Assembly: GCA_963804995.1 (NCBI GenBank)
Contig: CAWDSK010000005.1
Location: 704,001-768,000 of the forward strand
Source: an uncultured Acidobacteriota bacterium
GTDB taxonomy: Bacteria; Acidobacteriota; Terriglobia; UBA7540
Reading direction: 5' to 3'
DNA length: 64,000 nt
The notes beneath the pieces are model-generated. The model made no database searches, had not been told where the DNA came from, and worked only from the letters and a program-made list of their open reading frames with translations. How positions within the stretch are numbered: the first letter of the stretch is position 1; the number at the start of each line of letters is the position of its first letter. The translations under genes and the position numbers were made by a program. Below are positions 29,423-39,485 of the stretch, piece by piece.

Positions 29423-29989
29423 ATGGCAGTCGAAGTGATTCCCAAGCTTACCTACGAAGAGTTTCGCCAGCTTCCCGAAGACGGCAAGCGCTACGAATTG
29501 ATCCAAGGGAGGGTGCGCGTGAGTCCATCTCCGAGTGCTCGGCACCAGTCCGTTACATTAAACCTGGCGACTAGCCTTCGCCCCTTCGTCCTCAAGAACC
29601 GGCTGGGTGAAGTCTTCGTTGCCCCGCTCGATGTACGCCTGAGCGAGGATACCGCCCTCCAGCCGGACCTGATCTTTGTTGCCACTGCGCGTCTGGAAAT
29701 CGTGCAGGAGAATTTCATCGCCGGAGTCCCGGACCTGGTGGTGGAGATCCTGTCCGCCTCCACGGCGGCCCACGACCGGGCTACAAAACTGAGCCTATAT
29801 GCCCAGGCGGGCGTCCCCCACGTCTGGCTGATGGATCCCCTGCCGCGGACGGTGGAACTCCTCCAGCGCGCCGCCGACAAATACCTGGTCGAGGCGGTCT
29901 ATGCCGGTTGGCAAACCCTCACTTCCTCACTGTTTCCCGGTTGGGAAATCACCCTTGACGAACTCTTCCGCTTTCCCGCTCGCCCTTGA
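29423..29989 (+). CDS. Uma2 family endonuclease
   Basis: RYELIQG, PSPSARHQ, QPDL, PDLVVEILS, K...Y...GV..W..DP; TATAAT 6 nt before ATG. Confidence 0.88.
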   Translation: MAVEVIPKLTYEEFRQLPEDGKRYELIQGRVRVSPSPSARHQSVTLNLATSLRPFVLKNRLGEVFVAPLDVRLSEDTALQPDLIFVATARLEIVQENFIAGVPDLVVEILSASTAAHDRATKLSLYAQAGVPHVWLMDPLPRTVELLQRAADKYLVEAVYAGWQTLTSSLFPGWEITLDELFRFPARP

Positions 29990-30008
29990 AGAGAAACAAA
30001 CACGCCCA

Positions 30009-30116
30009 GTAGAGCCGCCCTTGAGGGCGGCACCATGTAGCGCCGGCCCTGAGGCCGGCACCGACGGGCCGCTCCCGCCATGCGGGACCGGCAGTGCAGG
30101 CTAAAGCCCGGCTCTA
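30009..30116. repeat. GTAG-type REP hairpin cluster
   Basis: GTAGAGCCGCCCTTGAGGGCGGC, GTAGCGCCGGCCCTGAGGCCGGC; related to 54124-54178. Confidence 0.55.
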
Positions 30117-30198
30117 AGGTGTATTCTCATTAAAATACTGGTTAGTAGTCAGGTTATCATCTCTCCCGCCACCATTGACTCAGTTGCTAATTGGATTG

Positions 30199-30258
30199 CC
30201 ACCCCAAGAGCAAAAGAAGCCAGTGGGGAAGTGATGTGCTTGCGGAACACGAACAGCT
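30199..30258 (+). repeat. HNH repeat copy 1 (very degenerate, internal deletion)
   Basis: CCACCCCAAGAGCAAAAGAAGCCAGTGGGGAAGTGATGTGCTT aligns with master CCACCACAAGATCAAAAGGAGCCAAATGGGCAACGACTCGCTT. Confidence 0.6.
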
Positions 30259-30747
30259 GACCCGAAAATGGTCCGCCGGCAACTGCTCCTGGCACGCCCG
30301 CGCCAAGCCATCAATCCAAATCGACAGGCTCTACCCCACCAGGATACGGGTATGCGGGGTGACTTGGTTCATACCTCGCCGTCCCGCAACGCCCGGTTCC
30401 GCGCCACGAGTTCCGTCGTCGCCATTCCCTTGAACGGCACCCTCTTGGTGTGCCCGCGGAAGTACCTGGCCCTGCTTACTACACGGAGGAGTGGATTGAT
30501 TGTGAACCTCAGCTATTTTCAGAACGTGATCGAGGAGGCCCCCGCAGCGAAAGTCACCGACGAGTATGGGCGGTATCTTCGCCAGCGTGTGGGCGGTTGG
30601 ATGAGGGAGCGGCAGATCTCAGCTGCTGATCGACAACTTACGAGGACGGCGTCCCGGATTGGACGCTTCGTCACAGCAGGGGCTTGACACATCGTCACAT
30701 GACCTGTAATTATCTGCTTAAAGCATGCTACATCATGGAGACACATT

Positions 30748-31035
30748 ATGATCGACCTTCGCGAAGTTCGTTCGGTCACAGAGTTTCAGCGCAATCTCAA
30801 GGGCTATGTCGGGCGGCTCAAAGCGAAGAAGATTCCCCTGGTATTGACGGTCAATGGCCGGGCGGAACTCATCGTGCAGGATGCCGGCAGCTATCAGGCG
30901 TTGCTTGACCGGTTGGAGCGTGCTGAGACAGTAGCCGCTATCCGTCAGGGGATGGAAGAGTTCGAACGCGGCGAAGGAATACACCTGAAACAGGCGGAGC
31001 GACAACTCCGGAAACGACATGGCTTTTCGCGTTGA
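30748..31035 (+). CDS. Phd/YefM family antitoxin
   Basis: SVTEFQRN, PLVLTVNGRAELIVQDA..YQ. Confidence 0.85.
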   Translation: MIDLREVRSVTEFQRNLKGYVGRLKAKKIPLVLTVNGRAELIVQDAGSYQALLDRLERAETVAAIRQGMEEFERGEGIHLKQAERQLRKRHGFSR

Positions 31036-31198
31036 GATTTCACCGGGGGCTTTCCACGACCTCGACGAAATCGCCGGGTACATCAAGCAGCAGGGAAGCT
31101 TCGAGCAGGCCGAAGTGTGGTTCAATGAGATCATGGCTGCCATCCGACGGCTATCAGACATGCGGGAAAGCTTCGTCGAGTACGGATCATCGTGCTAA
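31019..31198 (+). pseudogene. Truncated RelE/ParE toxin
   Basis: MAFRVEISPGAFHDLDEIAGYI...WFNEIMAAIRRLSDM, then unrelated sequence and stop at 59 aa. Confidence 0.7.
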
Positions 31199-31259
31199 AC
31201 TGGAAAGATAAAAGTCGGCCCGTTGGGGACAAGAGGCCACTACTGTCGAAGAGCGAACA

Positions 31260-32159
31260 ATGATTAAGAAAATGAAGTCTCCGCTATTACAAGCCGCGAA
31301 TCGCGCCAACAGTCTCAAATCAACAGGACCTCAAACAGTACTTGGTAAGGCGCAATCCAGCCGCAATGCAATGAAATATGGCGTATTTGCCGGGGTACAC
31401 GTGGCGAGCATGAAAGATCTCGGCGAGGATCCTGCCGCCTTCGGGCAGCTCGGTGAATCCCTCCGCCAAGCTTTTTGCCCCCAGGATGCATTCGAGCAGA
31501 TGTTGGTTGAAGACATGGCGGAGATTCGCTGGCGCAGGCAAAGGCTCATGCGCGCAGAAGCCGGAATATTGGCTTCCAAAAGGCGCGAGTTCATTATCCA
31601 GCGAGAATGGAAAGAAGCCAACTACGGCAGGATTTCCAACGGAGAGGCAAAGGACATACCCTATCCCAATATGGGGCTGGTGTCGCTTGGTCCCTCAGAT
31701 GAGAACATCGCTGAGATCATCGATTTGTTGGAGGATCTTAAGCATTCGATTGAAACCGAGGGCTTTGCGGAGGAGGAGTTTTGGCGCGTCAAGGCGGTTT
31801 ATGGGGAGAAGCCTAGTTACACGGGCAGGCACTTGAGGGAACTGTTTGATAGTGCTCCGAAGTGGGTGAAGGAAGATTGTGTCAGGCACTCTGAAGAAGT
31901 TGAAGAGTTCCGGGGACCCATCCTCGCAATCCTCACCAAAGAAATTGCGTTTTTCAGGAAGACGGCGGAATTGCATAACGCAGGGGACGCGAAGGTAACT
32001 GAGGCTTTGATGGATAGTCAAATGATCCCCTCACAAGAGGATCTGCGGAAGATTATGGAGTACGAGGCTGCGCTTGAAAGGCAGTTTGAAAGAAAGCTGC
32101 AACAGCTGGTGGCGTGGCGACGGTCTAAGGGAGAGGTTAGTGCGACCGATGTGCCATAA
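31260..32159 (+). CDS. Hypothetical phage/satellite-type protein with STGPxTxxGK...NAxKxG motif
   Basis: AANRANSLKSTGPQTVLGKAQSSRNAMKYG; W.R.R and YE..LER motifs. Confidence 0.65.
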   Translation: MIKKMKSPLLQAANRANSLKSTGPQTVLGKAQSSRNAMKYGVFAGVHVASMKDLGEDPAAFGQLGESLRQAFCPQDAFEQMLVEDMAEIRWRRQRLMRAEAGILASKRREFIIQREWKEANYGRISNGEAKDIPYPNMGLVSLGPSDENIAEIIDLLEDLKHSIETEGFAEEEFWRVKAVYGEKPSYTGRHLRELFDSAPKWVKEDCVRHSEEVEEFRGPILAILTKEIAFFRKTAELHNAGDAKVTEALMDSQMIPSQEDLRKIMEYEAALERQFERKLQQLVAWRRSKGEVSATDVP

Positions 32160-32511
32160 AAGATAGACAATTTGTGATATATTACATAATGTAATAATAC
32201 TGCAGTTGTATACATACGAACGGCAAGAAGTCCGAAAACGAAGCCGTTATCCCTATGAAAACAAATGGCGCGCGAAATTGGTTTTGCCAAGTCCGCGCCG
32301 AGTTGAAGTTGAACCGGCCCTCAGACAAGCGGCTGGTCAATTGACACTTTCTCTATCCGCCGTCTTTCCATCAGTGAAGGGGTCTTCTCGTGATCATGCT
32401 ATAAATTGACGAGCCAGAAAAATATTCAATTGGTAATCTGTCATGCCCAGGTATGGGTTACGCTTCGTACCATGGCTTGGCAGAACCACATTTGTGGTAT
32501 TATTTTACCAT

Positions 32512-33090
32512 ATGCTTGACTTGCGTTCCAAGGGGCGGCAGCGGCTCCTAGCCTATTACTTCACCAATCCCGGGGCCCGGTGCCATCTGCGGGACTTGGC
32601 GGAGCGCCTGAGCATTGATCCCTCCAACCTATCCCGAGAGCTGCGACGTTTGGAGCGTGAGGGACTTTTCCGGTCGGAAGTAAGCGGCCGGCAGAAGTAT
32701 TTTCAGCTCAACCGGGAGTATCCCTTATTCCGCGAGGTCCGTGGCATCGTTGCCAAAACAATCGGTGCGGCGCCTCTGATTGCAAATTCCGTCAGAGCCC
32801 TTGCGGACATCGAGGAAGCCTATCTCTACGGGTCGTTCGCGCGAAACCAACAGGATGCTGCAAGTGACATCGATTTGCTCGTGATCGGCGCGCCGCGTGG
32901 CGAAGTTCTGGCGGAAGCCATGCGGAAGCTGGAGCGGCAACTGGGGCGGGAAATCAATTATACGGTTATATCGCGCAATGAATTCCGGTCGCGCCGCGCC
33001 CGGAAAGATGCTTTCCTGGAAAGTGTCTGGAGGCATAAGCGCGTTTCGCTCGTCGCTCAACATGAAGAAGCTGAAGCCGCACACAATTGA
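32512..33090 (+). CDS. wHTH plus minimal nucleotidyltransferase (MNT) antitoxin
   Basis: N-terminal HTH; LYGSFAR...SDIDLLV. Confidence 0.85.
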   Translation: MLDLRSKGRQRLLAYYFTNPGARCHLRDLAERLSIDPSNLSRELRRLEREGLFRSEVSGRQKYFQLNREYPLFREVRGIVAKTIGAAPLIANSVRALADIEEAYLYGSFARNQQDAASDIDLLVIGAPRGEVLAEAMRKLERQLGREINYTVISRNEFRSRRARKDAFLESVWRHKRVSLVAQHEEAEAAHN

Positions 33091-33475
33091 CTGGGCGCAA
33101 ATCGAGCGCTTCCTCGCGAGCGCCGACAAGAAGTTGGCCTTGGCGCATAAAATCCTCGCGTTTGATGAGGAGGCATGCCTGCAACAAGCCTACGAAGCGA
33201 TGCTCCGGGCTTCCTTAGGGTTTATGTTCAGCCACGGCTTCCGGGCCAGGAGCCAACCCGGCCATCACATCGCCATCATCGAGTTCGTGCGGGGGCGAAT
33301 TGATCCCAAACACGCCGGTTGGCTCACCGTCTTAGACCGTCTCCGCCGAAAACGGAATATGGCTCTCTATGACGACGCAGGATTCGTCTCCCATCACGAA
33401 GCAGTGGAGGCCCTCGCCTCCGCCCTCCACTTCATAGAGGTCATCCGCACTAACGTCGCTGCAAGAAAACCTTGA
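33062..33475 (+). CDS. HEPN domain toxin
   Basis: AYEAML.A, GHH, RRKRNMALY; overlaps MNT gene. Confidence 0.8.
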   Translation: MKKLKPHTIDWAQIERFLASADKKLALAHKILAFDEEACLQQAYEAMLRASLGFMFSHGFRARSQPGHHIAIIEFVRGRIDPKHAGWLTVLDRLRRKRNMALYDDAGFVSHHEAVEALASALHFIEVIRTNVAARKP

Positions 33476-33577
33476 TTCATTCTTAGTTTCGAAATTCCCG
33501 GAAAGCTCGCGAACTCACTTTACCCGGGTTGATTTCGAGGCTCATAAAGAGCAAAGAGGTTAAAGCCCGCGTAAAAG

Positions 33578-33802
33578 ATGATAGGGCGGGTCTTGGAGCG
33601 AGACGGATGGCGATGTCAGAGGTGCGGCTCGCTGGAGAAACTCCAGGTCCATCACAAGACCAAGAGAAGCCAATTGGGCAACGACTCCCTCGATAACCTC
33701 GTCACCCTGTGTGCCTACTGCCACATGGAAGAGCATGGGCAGCTTTACTATACGGGACCAGCGGTCAGAGTGTGTAACAAGCCCAAGCCACGAAGGAGGT
33801 GA
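33578..33802 (+). CDS. HNH endonuclease, repeat copy 2 (N-terminally shortened)
   Basis: RVLERDGWRCQRCG...VHH...NLVTLCAYCHMEEHG. Confidence 0.75.
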   Translation: MIGRVLERDGWRCQRCGSLEKLQVHHKTKRSQLGNDSLDNLVTLCAYCHMEEHGQLYYTGPAVRVCNKPKPRRR

Positions 33803-33895
33803 GGACCCGGCCGGCAGTAATTTCTGGAGTCAACAGTCCGTGGTCCTTAGCAAGTAGCGAGAGACGAGCTCCAGAGGTTGAGCGGAATGAATTCC

Positions 33896-34327
33896 TTACT
33901 TCGCCGCTCGCAAAGGATTAACGACCTTCATACCGTCAAAGTCCTTTTCGTTGGCGGTGACCACGATGCAATCATTCGCTTTGGCCACGGCGGCGACGAT
34001 CATGTCGAGCGCGCTCCGCGGCGTGCCCCTCGCCCTCCCCTCGGCCATCAGCCGCGCCCAGAGGAGACCTGCTTTCTCGTCAAACGGAAGCACGCGACCG
34101 GCGAACAGTGCGAGCGGCCCTTCGGGGCCCGCGAACCATCTCTCCAACTGCCTTCGCTTCTTTCCGGCGGGCCTTTCCAGCACCCCCCGCCAGATCTCGG
34201 CGACGGTCAGGGAGGAAATGAACAGCTCCTGGTCAGCTTGTTCAGACATCCAGGTGATCAGAGATTGCGACGGCACGGGCTTGGTGGCATCGCTGATAAC
34301 ATTAGTGTCGAGGAGATAGCGAGTCAC
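33896..34327 (-). CDS. vapC: PIN domain VapC toxin
   Basis: YLLDTNVISD, LTVAEI, LDMIVAAVA, VVTANEKDF. Confidence 0.9.
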   Translation of the reverse strand: MTRYLLDTNVISDATKPVPSQSLITWMSEQADQELFISSLTVAEIWRGVLERPAGKKRRQLERWFAGPEGPLALFAGRVLPFDEKAGLLWARLMAEGRARGTPRSALDMIVAAVAKANDCIVVTANEKDFDGMKVVNPLRAAK

Positions 34328-34626
34328 AGATCAACCTTACGGCCGCCCGTGACCGAACGGCTGAAGTGGAGATTGGCACCCACCAAAGGCGACCGGCGCA
34401 AGGCCGTAAGGATGCCTCCCTTTTTCGGTGTTTCGCCGGAGATACTCCGGCGGACCGCGTCACGAACCCGCGTAGAGTCCGGCCCTTGCTCCGCGAGCCG
34501 CTTGGCCAGAGAACGAATCAGGTGACGATCCGTCTTGAGCCCCAGCACCTCGAAACGAGCCATGCCTCGGTGGTTGAGGCGTTGGCGGTAGTTCCTCAAC
34601 GCTCGTTTTTGTGATGTGTCGCTCAT
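34324..34626 (-). CDS. Putative antitoxin of adjacent VapC
   Basis: MSDTSQKRALRNYRQRL...RFEVLG; 4-nt overlap with vapC. Confidence 0.7.
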   Translation of the reverse strand: MSDTSQKRALRNYRQRLNHRGMARFEVLGLKTDRHLIRSLAKRLAEQGPDSTRVRDAVRRSISGETPKKGGILTALRRSPLVGANLHFSRSVTGGRKVDL

Positions 34627-34699
34627 CGCGTGCTCCGATATCCAGTAATATAACCATAAAATCCCCGAAGGGCAAGTCATGTTCATAGCAGACCGTCCG

Positions 34700-35203
34700 G
34701 GATCCACGAAGCAGCAGTTGCAGGGAGCGGTGCACAAGTACTTCACAGGGGAGGAGTACGAGCCCCACCAGATGGTTTACTTCAAGCTGTTTGAGAGTCA
34801 GTTGCCGGTGGTGGAAAGGGCGCTGTACGTGGCCTTGCGGATGGTGGGGACGGAGCGCTCGCGGGGGTATTGCCTGGAACTAGTATGCGCGGATTTTCTG
34901 GCGGGGAGGGGGGAGGAGTCCTCACCTGACGAAATCTTGATGGTGATCCACCGCTTCGTGCATCTGCTGTCGCGGGAGTATCAGGCGCGTCTAGCTTGCC
35001 AGGGCGAGGGCAGGGAATTGGAGACAGCCGGAAGATGCTGAAGGAATTGAAGCGGATCAAGCCGGAGAGCAGATTTACCGGTGCTTGATGAAGCAGGTTT
35101 TCGAGAGCGACGAATGGCGGTGTCAGAAGTGTGGGTCAGTAGAGTACCTGCAGGTGCACCACAAGATCAAAAGGAGCCAGTTGGGCAACGACTCCATCGA
35201 TAA
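34700..35203 (+). repeat. Gene X-HNH repeat copy 3 (5'-truncated X; frameshifted, 3'-truncated HNH)
   Basis: Aligns with ~28645-29150. Confidence 0.9.
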
Positions 35204-35399
35204 ATTCAGAACTGCTTGGGGATGCCAGCCTGCTTCAGGACTGCGTTGGCGGTATGGCGGGATAGAATCTTGTGGTCTACCGGGAATTATCGCTGAGTAG
35301 TCGGGCTGTACCAAATCTCGTGATCGCCACGTCCTGGACGCTCATAATAACATCCGTGGGCGCGAAGGATTTCCTTCAGTTTCGGCGTGTAGCTCGCCA

Positions 35400-35645
35400 T
35401 CAGGACTCGACGGACACCAAAGCAGTTTCTTCACTATGGGCGCGAACCAGAACGTTGACTACCTTTTGCCCCGGTTCCAGCCCGCCGTTTAGCTCAAAAA
35501 GCTCCGGCACTAAAACGCGAACCTTCTCAATCAAGGCATTCATTGACTCGGCTTCTGCCACCAAGCCTGGAATGTCTTCACTCTCCGCGACCCAAACCCC
35601 TGCCTCGGAATCCCAGTGCGCCTCGACTTGATAGGTTCGACTCAT
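35400..35645 (-). CDS. DUF1902/HicB-like protein (no HicA partner seen)
   Basis: VEAHWDSEAGVWVAESEDIPGLVAEAES. Confidence 0.8.
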   Translation of the reverse strand: MSRTYQVEAHWDSEAGVWVAESEDIPGLVAEAESMNALIEKVRVLVPELFELNGGLEPGQKVVNVLVRAHSEETALVSVES

Positions 35646-35969
35646 TGCCGGCCACTCCCTACTATATAGAAGACTACCATCTGCTACGGCGTATTACAAC
35701 CGCTCGCGTTCCGCGTCGCGCGAGCCTGGTGTCTTGTAGTCGATTGCTTGCTGCGCATCCCTGGCCATTTCTTCACGAGAATCCCGGAAGGACATGTGTC
35801 ACCAACCGCGCGCATAGCCGGCTGATCAGCCTCTTTGCTTGCACCTTCCAGACTTCTCGCACAACATCCTAACCGCGCACCAAAGCTCGCCCGCTCGTCG
35901 GAATGGAAAGTCCCGGCGGGAGGGCGGGGCGGGAGCCGATCCGCCATTCCCAGGTGGGAAACTCGACAC

Positions 35970-36575
35970 GAGAGCCAGATGCCGATGGTGGAAAGGGCTC
36001 TGTACGTGGCCTCGCGGATGATGGGGACGGAGCGCTCGCGCGGTTATTGTCTGGAACTGGTGTGCGCAGATTTTCTGGCGGGGAGGGGTGAGGAGTCGAC
36101 GCCAGAGGAGATCTTGATGGTGATCCACCGCCTCATGGATCTCCTGCCGCGGGAGTACCAGGCGCGTCTTGCCGGACAAACCAGGGGCAGGGAACTGGAG
36201 ACAGCCGGAAGACGCTGAAGAAAGTGGAGCGGATCAAGCTTGGAAGGCAGGTTTACCGGCGGTTGATGAAGCAGGTGCTGGAGCGAGACGGGTGGCGATG
36301 TCAGAAGTGCGGCTCGGTCGAGAATCTTCAGGTTCACCACAAGATCAAGCGGAGCAAGTTGGGCAACGATTCCCTCAATAACCTTGTGACCCTCTGCGCC
36401 CACTGCCACATGGCTGAGCATGGGCAGCTGAGCTACACCATTCCAGCCGCCAGAATCTGCAGCAAGCCTAAACCACGTACAAAGTGCCAATCCCACCCGC
36501 AATGATTTGGTAACAATTTGGAGTTGACAAACGCTATATGGTGTCCGGTAGCGTTCTAGGTATGAGTAGATGTAT
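35970..36575 (+). repeat. Gene X-HNH repeat copy 4 (HNH frame intact, start ATG changed to ACG) plus 3' tail
   Basis: Aligns with ~28737-29254; HNH ORF 36224-36505; tail shared with copy 7. Confidence 0.9.
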
Positions 36576-36694
36576 GTGCGTATTCTCGCCGGACGAAATC
36601 AAATCCAAAAAATCCCAATCGAGGTTTTTATCGCCGGACCCGTGTTGCCCACTGCCATTTCTACATGGGTTTCGAGTTAGGAGGAGTGAAAACC

Positions 36695-37177
36695 GTGAAA
36701 AATAGTAGGGATCGCACTTGCCAGAAAACCAAGGCGGACGGTAGTCGCTGCAAAGTTAGGGTAATCAATGGATCGAGTTTTTGCTACTTTCATGATCCGG
36801 CGAAAGCGCACGAGCGACAGGCGGCGCAGCGGGCGGGCGGAATAGCCCGCAGCCGCCAAGCTGCGGTTCTGCCTCTTGAAACGCCAGATTGGCAGGTTCG
36901 CAAGATTTCCGATGTCGTGGAGATTCTGGGACAAACGCTGAACCAAGTCCGCCGGGGCCAAATTGACCCAAGGGTGGCCAATTCCGTTGCGTACATTTCT
37001 GGAGTTCTGCTCAAGGCGATGGAGAGAGGACCCATGGAAGAGCGGATCACCACTCTTGAGGGGATTCTCAAGCAGCCGCCCTCACAAAGGGTGCCTTTCT
37101 TAGGTCCTTCCGCGCCGGACCGAACCTTCAGTTTCGAAACCCGAAGTACGGAGGATAACGATGGCAAAAAACAGTGA
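36695..37177 (+). CDS. Hypothetical protein with CCCH zinc-knuckle-like N-terminus (phage-type)
   Basis: GGAGGAG RBS; CQKTKADGSRCK...FCYFHDP. Confidence 0.65.
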   Translation: MKNSRDRTCQKTKADGSRCKVRVINGSSFCYFHDPAKAHERQAAQRAGGIARSRQAAVLPLETPDWQVRKISDVVEILGQTLNQVRRGQIDPRVANSVAYISGVLLKAMERGPMEERITTLEGILKQPPSQRVPFLGPSAPDRTFSFETRSTEDNDGKKQ

Positions 37178-38159
37178 CATGAGATTGAAAAGGCTAGAAA
37201 TGGCCATGACACCCAGCCAAGAGGCGATTGCCTATGTGCTGAGCTTATTGGAGCGATTCAATTCGGCGCTTGAGTGCTCAATCTGGTGCCTCGAGGATCC
37301 GGCTGGCGCGTCCGCTAATGACGAGCTAATTGAAAAAGTCCAACACAATGTCCTCAGGGCACTGAAGGATCAACGCCCCGATGAGAATGAGATCAATAAA
37401 GCAGTGATCGAAGCCTATTGGGACGTGGCGTGGCGGCTCAAGATGCTTGTCACAATCAACGAAAGTGTTGAGGGAAAAGTCAAGGATACCCTTCCGCTCT
37501 ATTTTTGGCTCCTCGGCCGGATGCAGTATAAGATTCGCGCTAGCTTTGGCGAAGAACTCCTTCATCGTTGGCTCATTTTGCCCAAGGGAGTTCCCGGTCG
37601 GATTTCCGCTAAAAGTGTGCCCTTTAGTATTAACAAAGAAGTGAGGTTAGGTAGCGGACAACAACACGAGGAGTGGAAGCAGGAAGTACGGAGGCTGCTG
37701 AAAACTCTTTATGCCCTTAGAATCGCTCACGATCAAATGGTGACAGAAGGTTTCGAGGGCCACCCCATTTTGTGGAAGGACACGGGTGAAGCTCTCGCTG
37801 ACCGGACTAGGGATGCGGAGAAACTGCTCGGAACATATACCAACGCGGTCACTATCCAGAGGGAATGCCTCAAAAAGGACGTGCCGTTCAACCTAGAGAT
37901 TTGGGCCATGGACAGCAAGTGGCTAGGCCATGTACGTCGGGAAGTTCAAATAAACCTAGACGAAATCAGGCAGGAAGCCAGATCGGTAGCATCGGAATAC
38001 GTTGCGCATTGGGCTGACATCGCAGGTGCTCAGGTTTTGGCGAGCAATGGTGACCCGAGTGGCGTCATACGTCTTATGAAGCGGAGCGCTGAAACTACGA
38101 AGGCCAGAGATCTAAAGTCAGGAAACCCGGACCTAGGCGGCTGCGATCGAAGTAAATAA
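37161..38159 (+). CDS. Hypothetical protein
   Basis: 332-aa ORF with GGAGG RBS, overlapping the upstream gene. Confidence 0.6.
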   Translation: MAKNSDMRLKRLEMAMTPSQEAIAYVLSLLERFNSALECSIWCLEDPAGASANDELIEKVQHNVLRALKDQRPDENEINKAVIEAYWDVAWRLKMLVTINESVEGKVKDTLPLYFWLLGRMQYKIRASFGEELLHRWLILPKGVPGRISAKSVPFSINKEVRLGSGQQHEEWKQEVRRLLKTLYALRIAHDQMVTEGFEGHPILWKDTGEALADRTRDAEKLLGTYTNAVTIQRECLKKDVPFNLEIWAMDSKWLGHVRREVQINLDEIRQEARSVASEYVAHWADIAGAQVLASNGDPSGVIRLMKRSAETTKARDLKSGNPDLGGCDRSK

Positions 38160-38467
38160 AGCCATGCAGGACCCGCTGGTTAATCGCGAAATTGGTTAAG
38201 GTTAGACAATGTAAATAGGCTATCCAATGATGTTGAAACAGCCAGAGGCCTTCGGGGGCCGACGGGAGCTCGGCGGGACGGACGGAATGCATTTGCGAGA
38301 CAGTCTACTTCGGGGCACCAGGATGAGGAGTGCTAACGCTTTGAATAATAGATGGATCCGAGGCAAGAGATTACCTAGCAAGACCCCCAGGGGGTGGTAA
38401 TCTCTCCGCCAGTATCAATCAATTCAGACCCATTTGATTCGTGAAGGAGGACCCAAAGAGAGACTAC

Positions 38468-38672
38468 CCAAATCCACCACAAGATAAAGAGGAGCCATCT
38501 GGGCAACGATTCCCTAGATAATCTTGTCACCCTATGTGCTTACTGCCACATGGAAGAGCACGGGCAGTTGAGTTACACCATCCCAGCCGCCAGAGTGTGC
38601 AGCAAGCCCACGCCACGAAAAAAGTGAAGATCCTGCCTGCCGGAATCTCCGGAGTTGAAGATCTGCGGTCAC
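38468..38672 (+). repeat. HNH repeat copy 5 (3' half) plus tail
   Basis: Encodes HHKIKRSHLGNDSLDNLVTLCAYCHMEEHGQ...; tail resembles that of copy 2. Confidence 0.88.
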
Positions 38673-38675
38673 TGG

Positions 38676-39485
38676 TCAATGGGGGCAGACAATCTCTTGG
38701 GGTCTTTGCAGTAGGCCTGGCCTGTAACTATACTGCCATAAGACCAGAGACCAATCCGCTCCTTCTGCTGCAACGGCCGCAACGTACCCAGCGCCTGGGG
38801 CCAGGGCGCAAAGAGACCATTGGCCGGCTTCGGTGTTGTCATTGTTGTTGATGGGCAGGTTGGTTAGTTGGCCTGGAGCGAGCGAAACTGCGAAGCTGGC
38901 AAGATCGATGCTGAGGCCTTCGCCCCGGGCTTTGATGTACGCTTCCTTGCGTGTCCAGCACTGAAAGAACGCTTCGGTTTGAGCAATCTTCGGAAGCTCG
39001 CGGAGCGCAGTGACCTCCTGGGCTGAAAAGAAGCGCTCCGCCACACGGTCGCTGTTCGGGAATGGATGGACACGCTCCAGATCAACGCCCACTTCGCGGC
39101 GCCAAGCGAACGCGAAGAGCGCAAGCCCGTGAGAATGAGAAAGGTTGAAGCGTAAGTACTCGGTTCCACTGCCGGGGACCAAGGCCGGTTTGCCGTGGGC
39201 ACCACCGCAAAATCGCAAATCACCAGGACTAGTCCGCAGATACCGAGCCAACAAAGCACGAAGGGTCCCTCGCGCGGCAATGTAACGGGCAGCGTCCGTG
39301 GGGGAGTAGAATTTCTCCGCCCTTGCCTGCTCGTCTGCTGATAGCGTCTCACGCATCTGCAGGACCGCAGTTGAACCAACATCGAGATCAGCGCGCCACA
39401 CATGCACTTCGTCATCGCGCAACGTGGCCGGCTCAAGCACAGCCTGCCATAAGGACACGGTATGTTCCATCGTTCGATTCGTCAT
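38676..39485 (-). CDS. Sfp-type 4'-phosphopantetheinyl transferase
   Basis: HGKP, FNLSHS, VGVDLE, WTRKEAYIKA. Confidence 0.93.
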   Translation of the reverse strand: MTNRTMEHTVSLWQAVLEPATLRDDEVHVWRADLDVGSTAVLQMRETLSADEQARAEKFYSPTDAARYIAARGTLRALLARYLRTSPGDLRFCGGAHGKPALVPGSGTEYLRFNLSHSHGLALFAFAWRREVGVDLERVHPFPNSDRVAERFFSAQEVTALRELPKIAQTEAFFQCWTRKEAYIKARGEGLSIDLASFAVSLAPGQLTNLPINNNDNTEAGQWSLCALAPGAGYVAAVAAEGADWSLVLWQYSYRPGLLQRPQEIVCPH

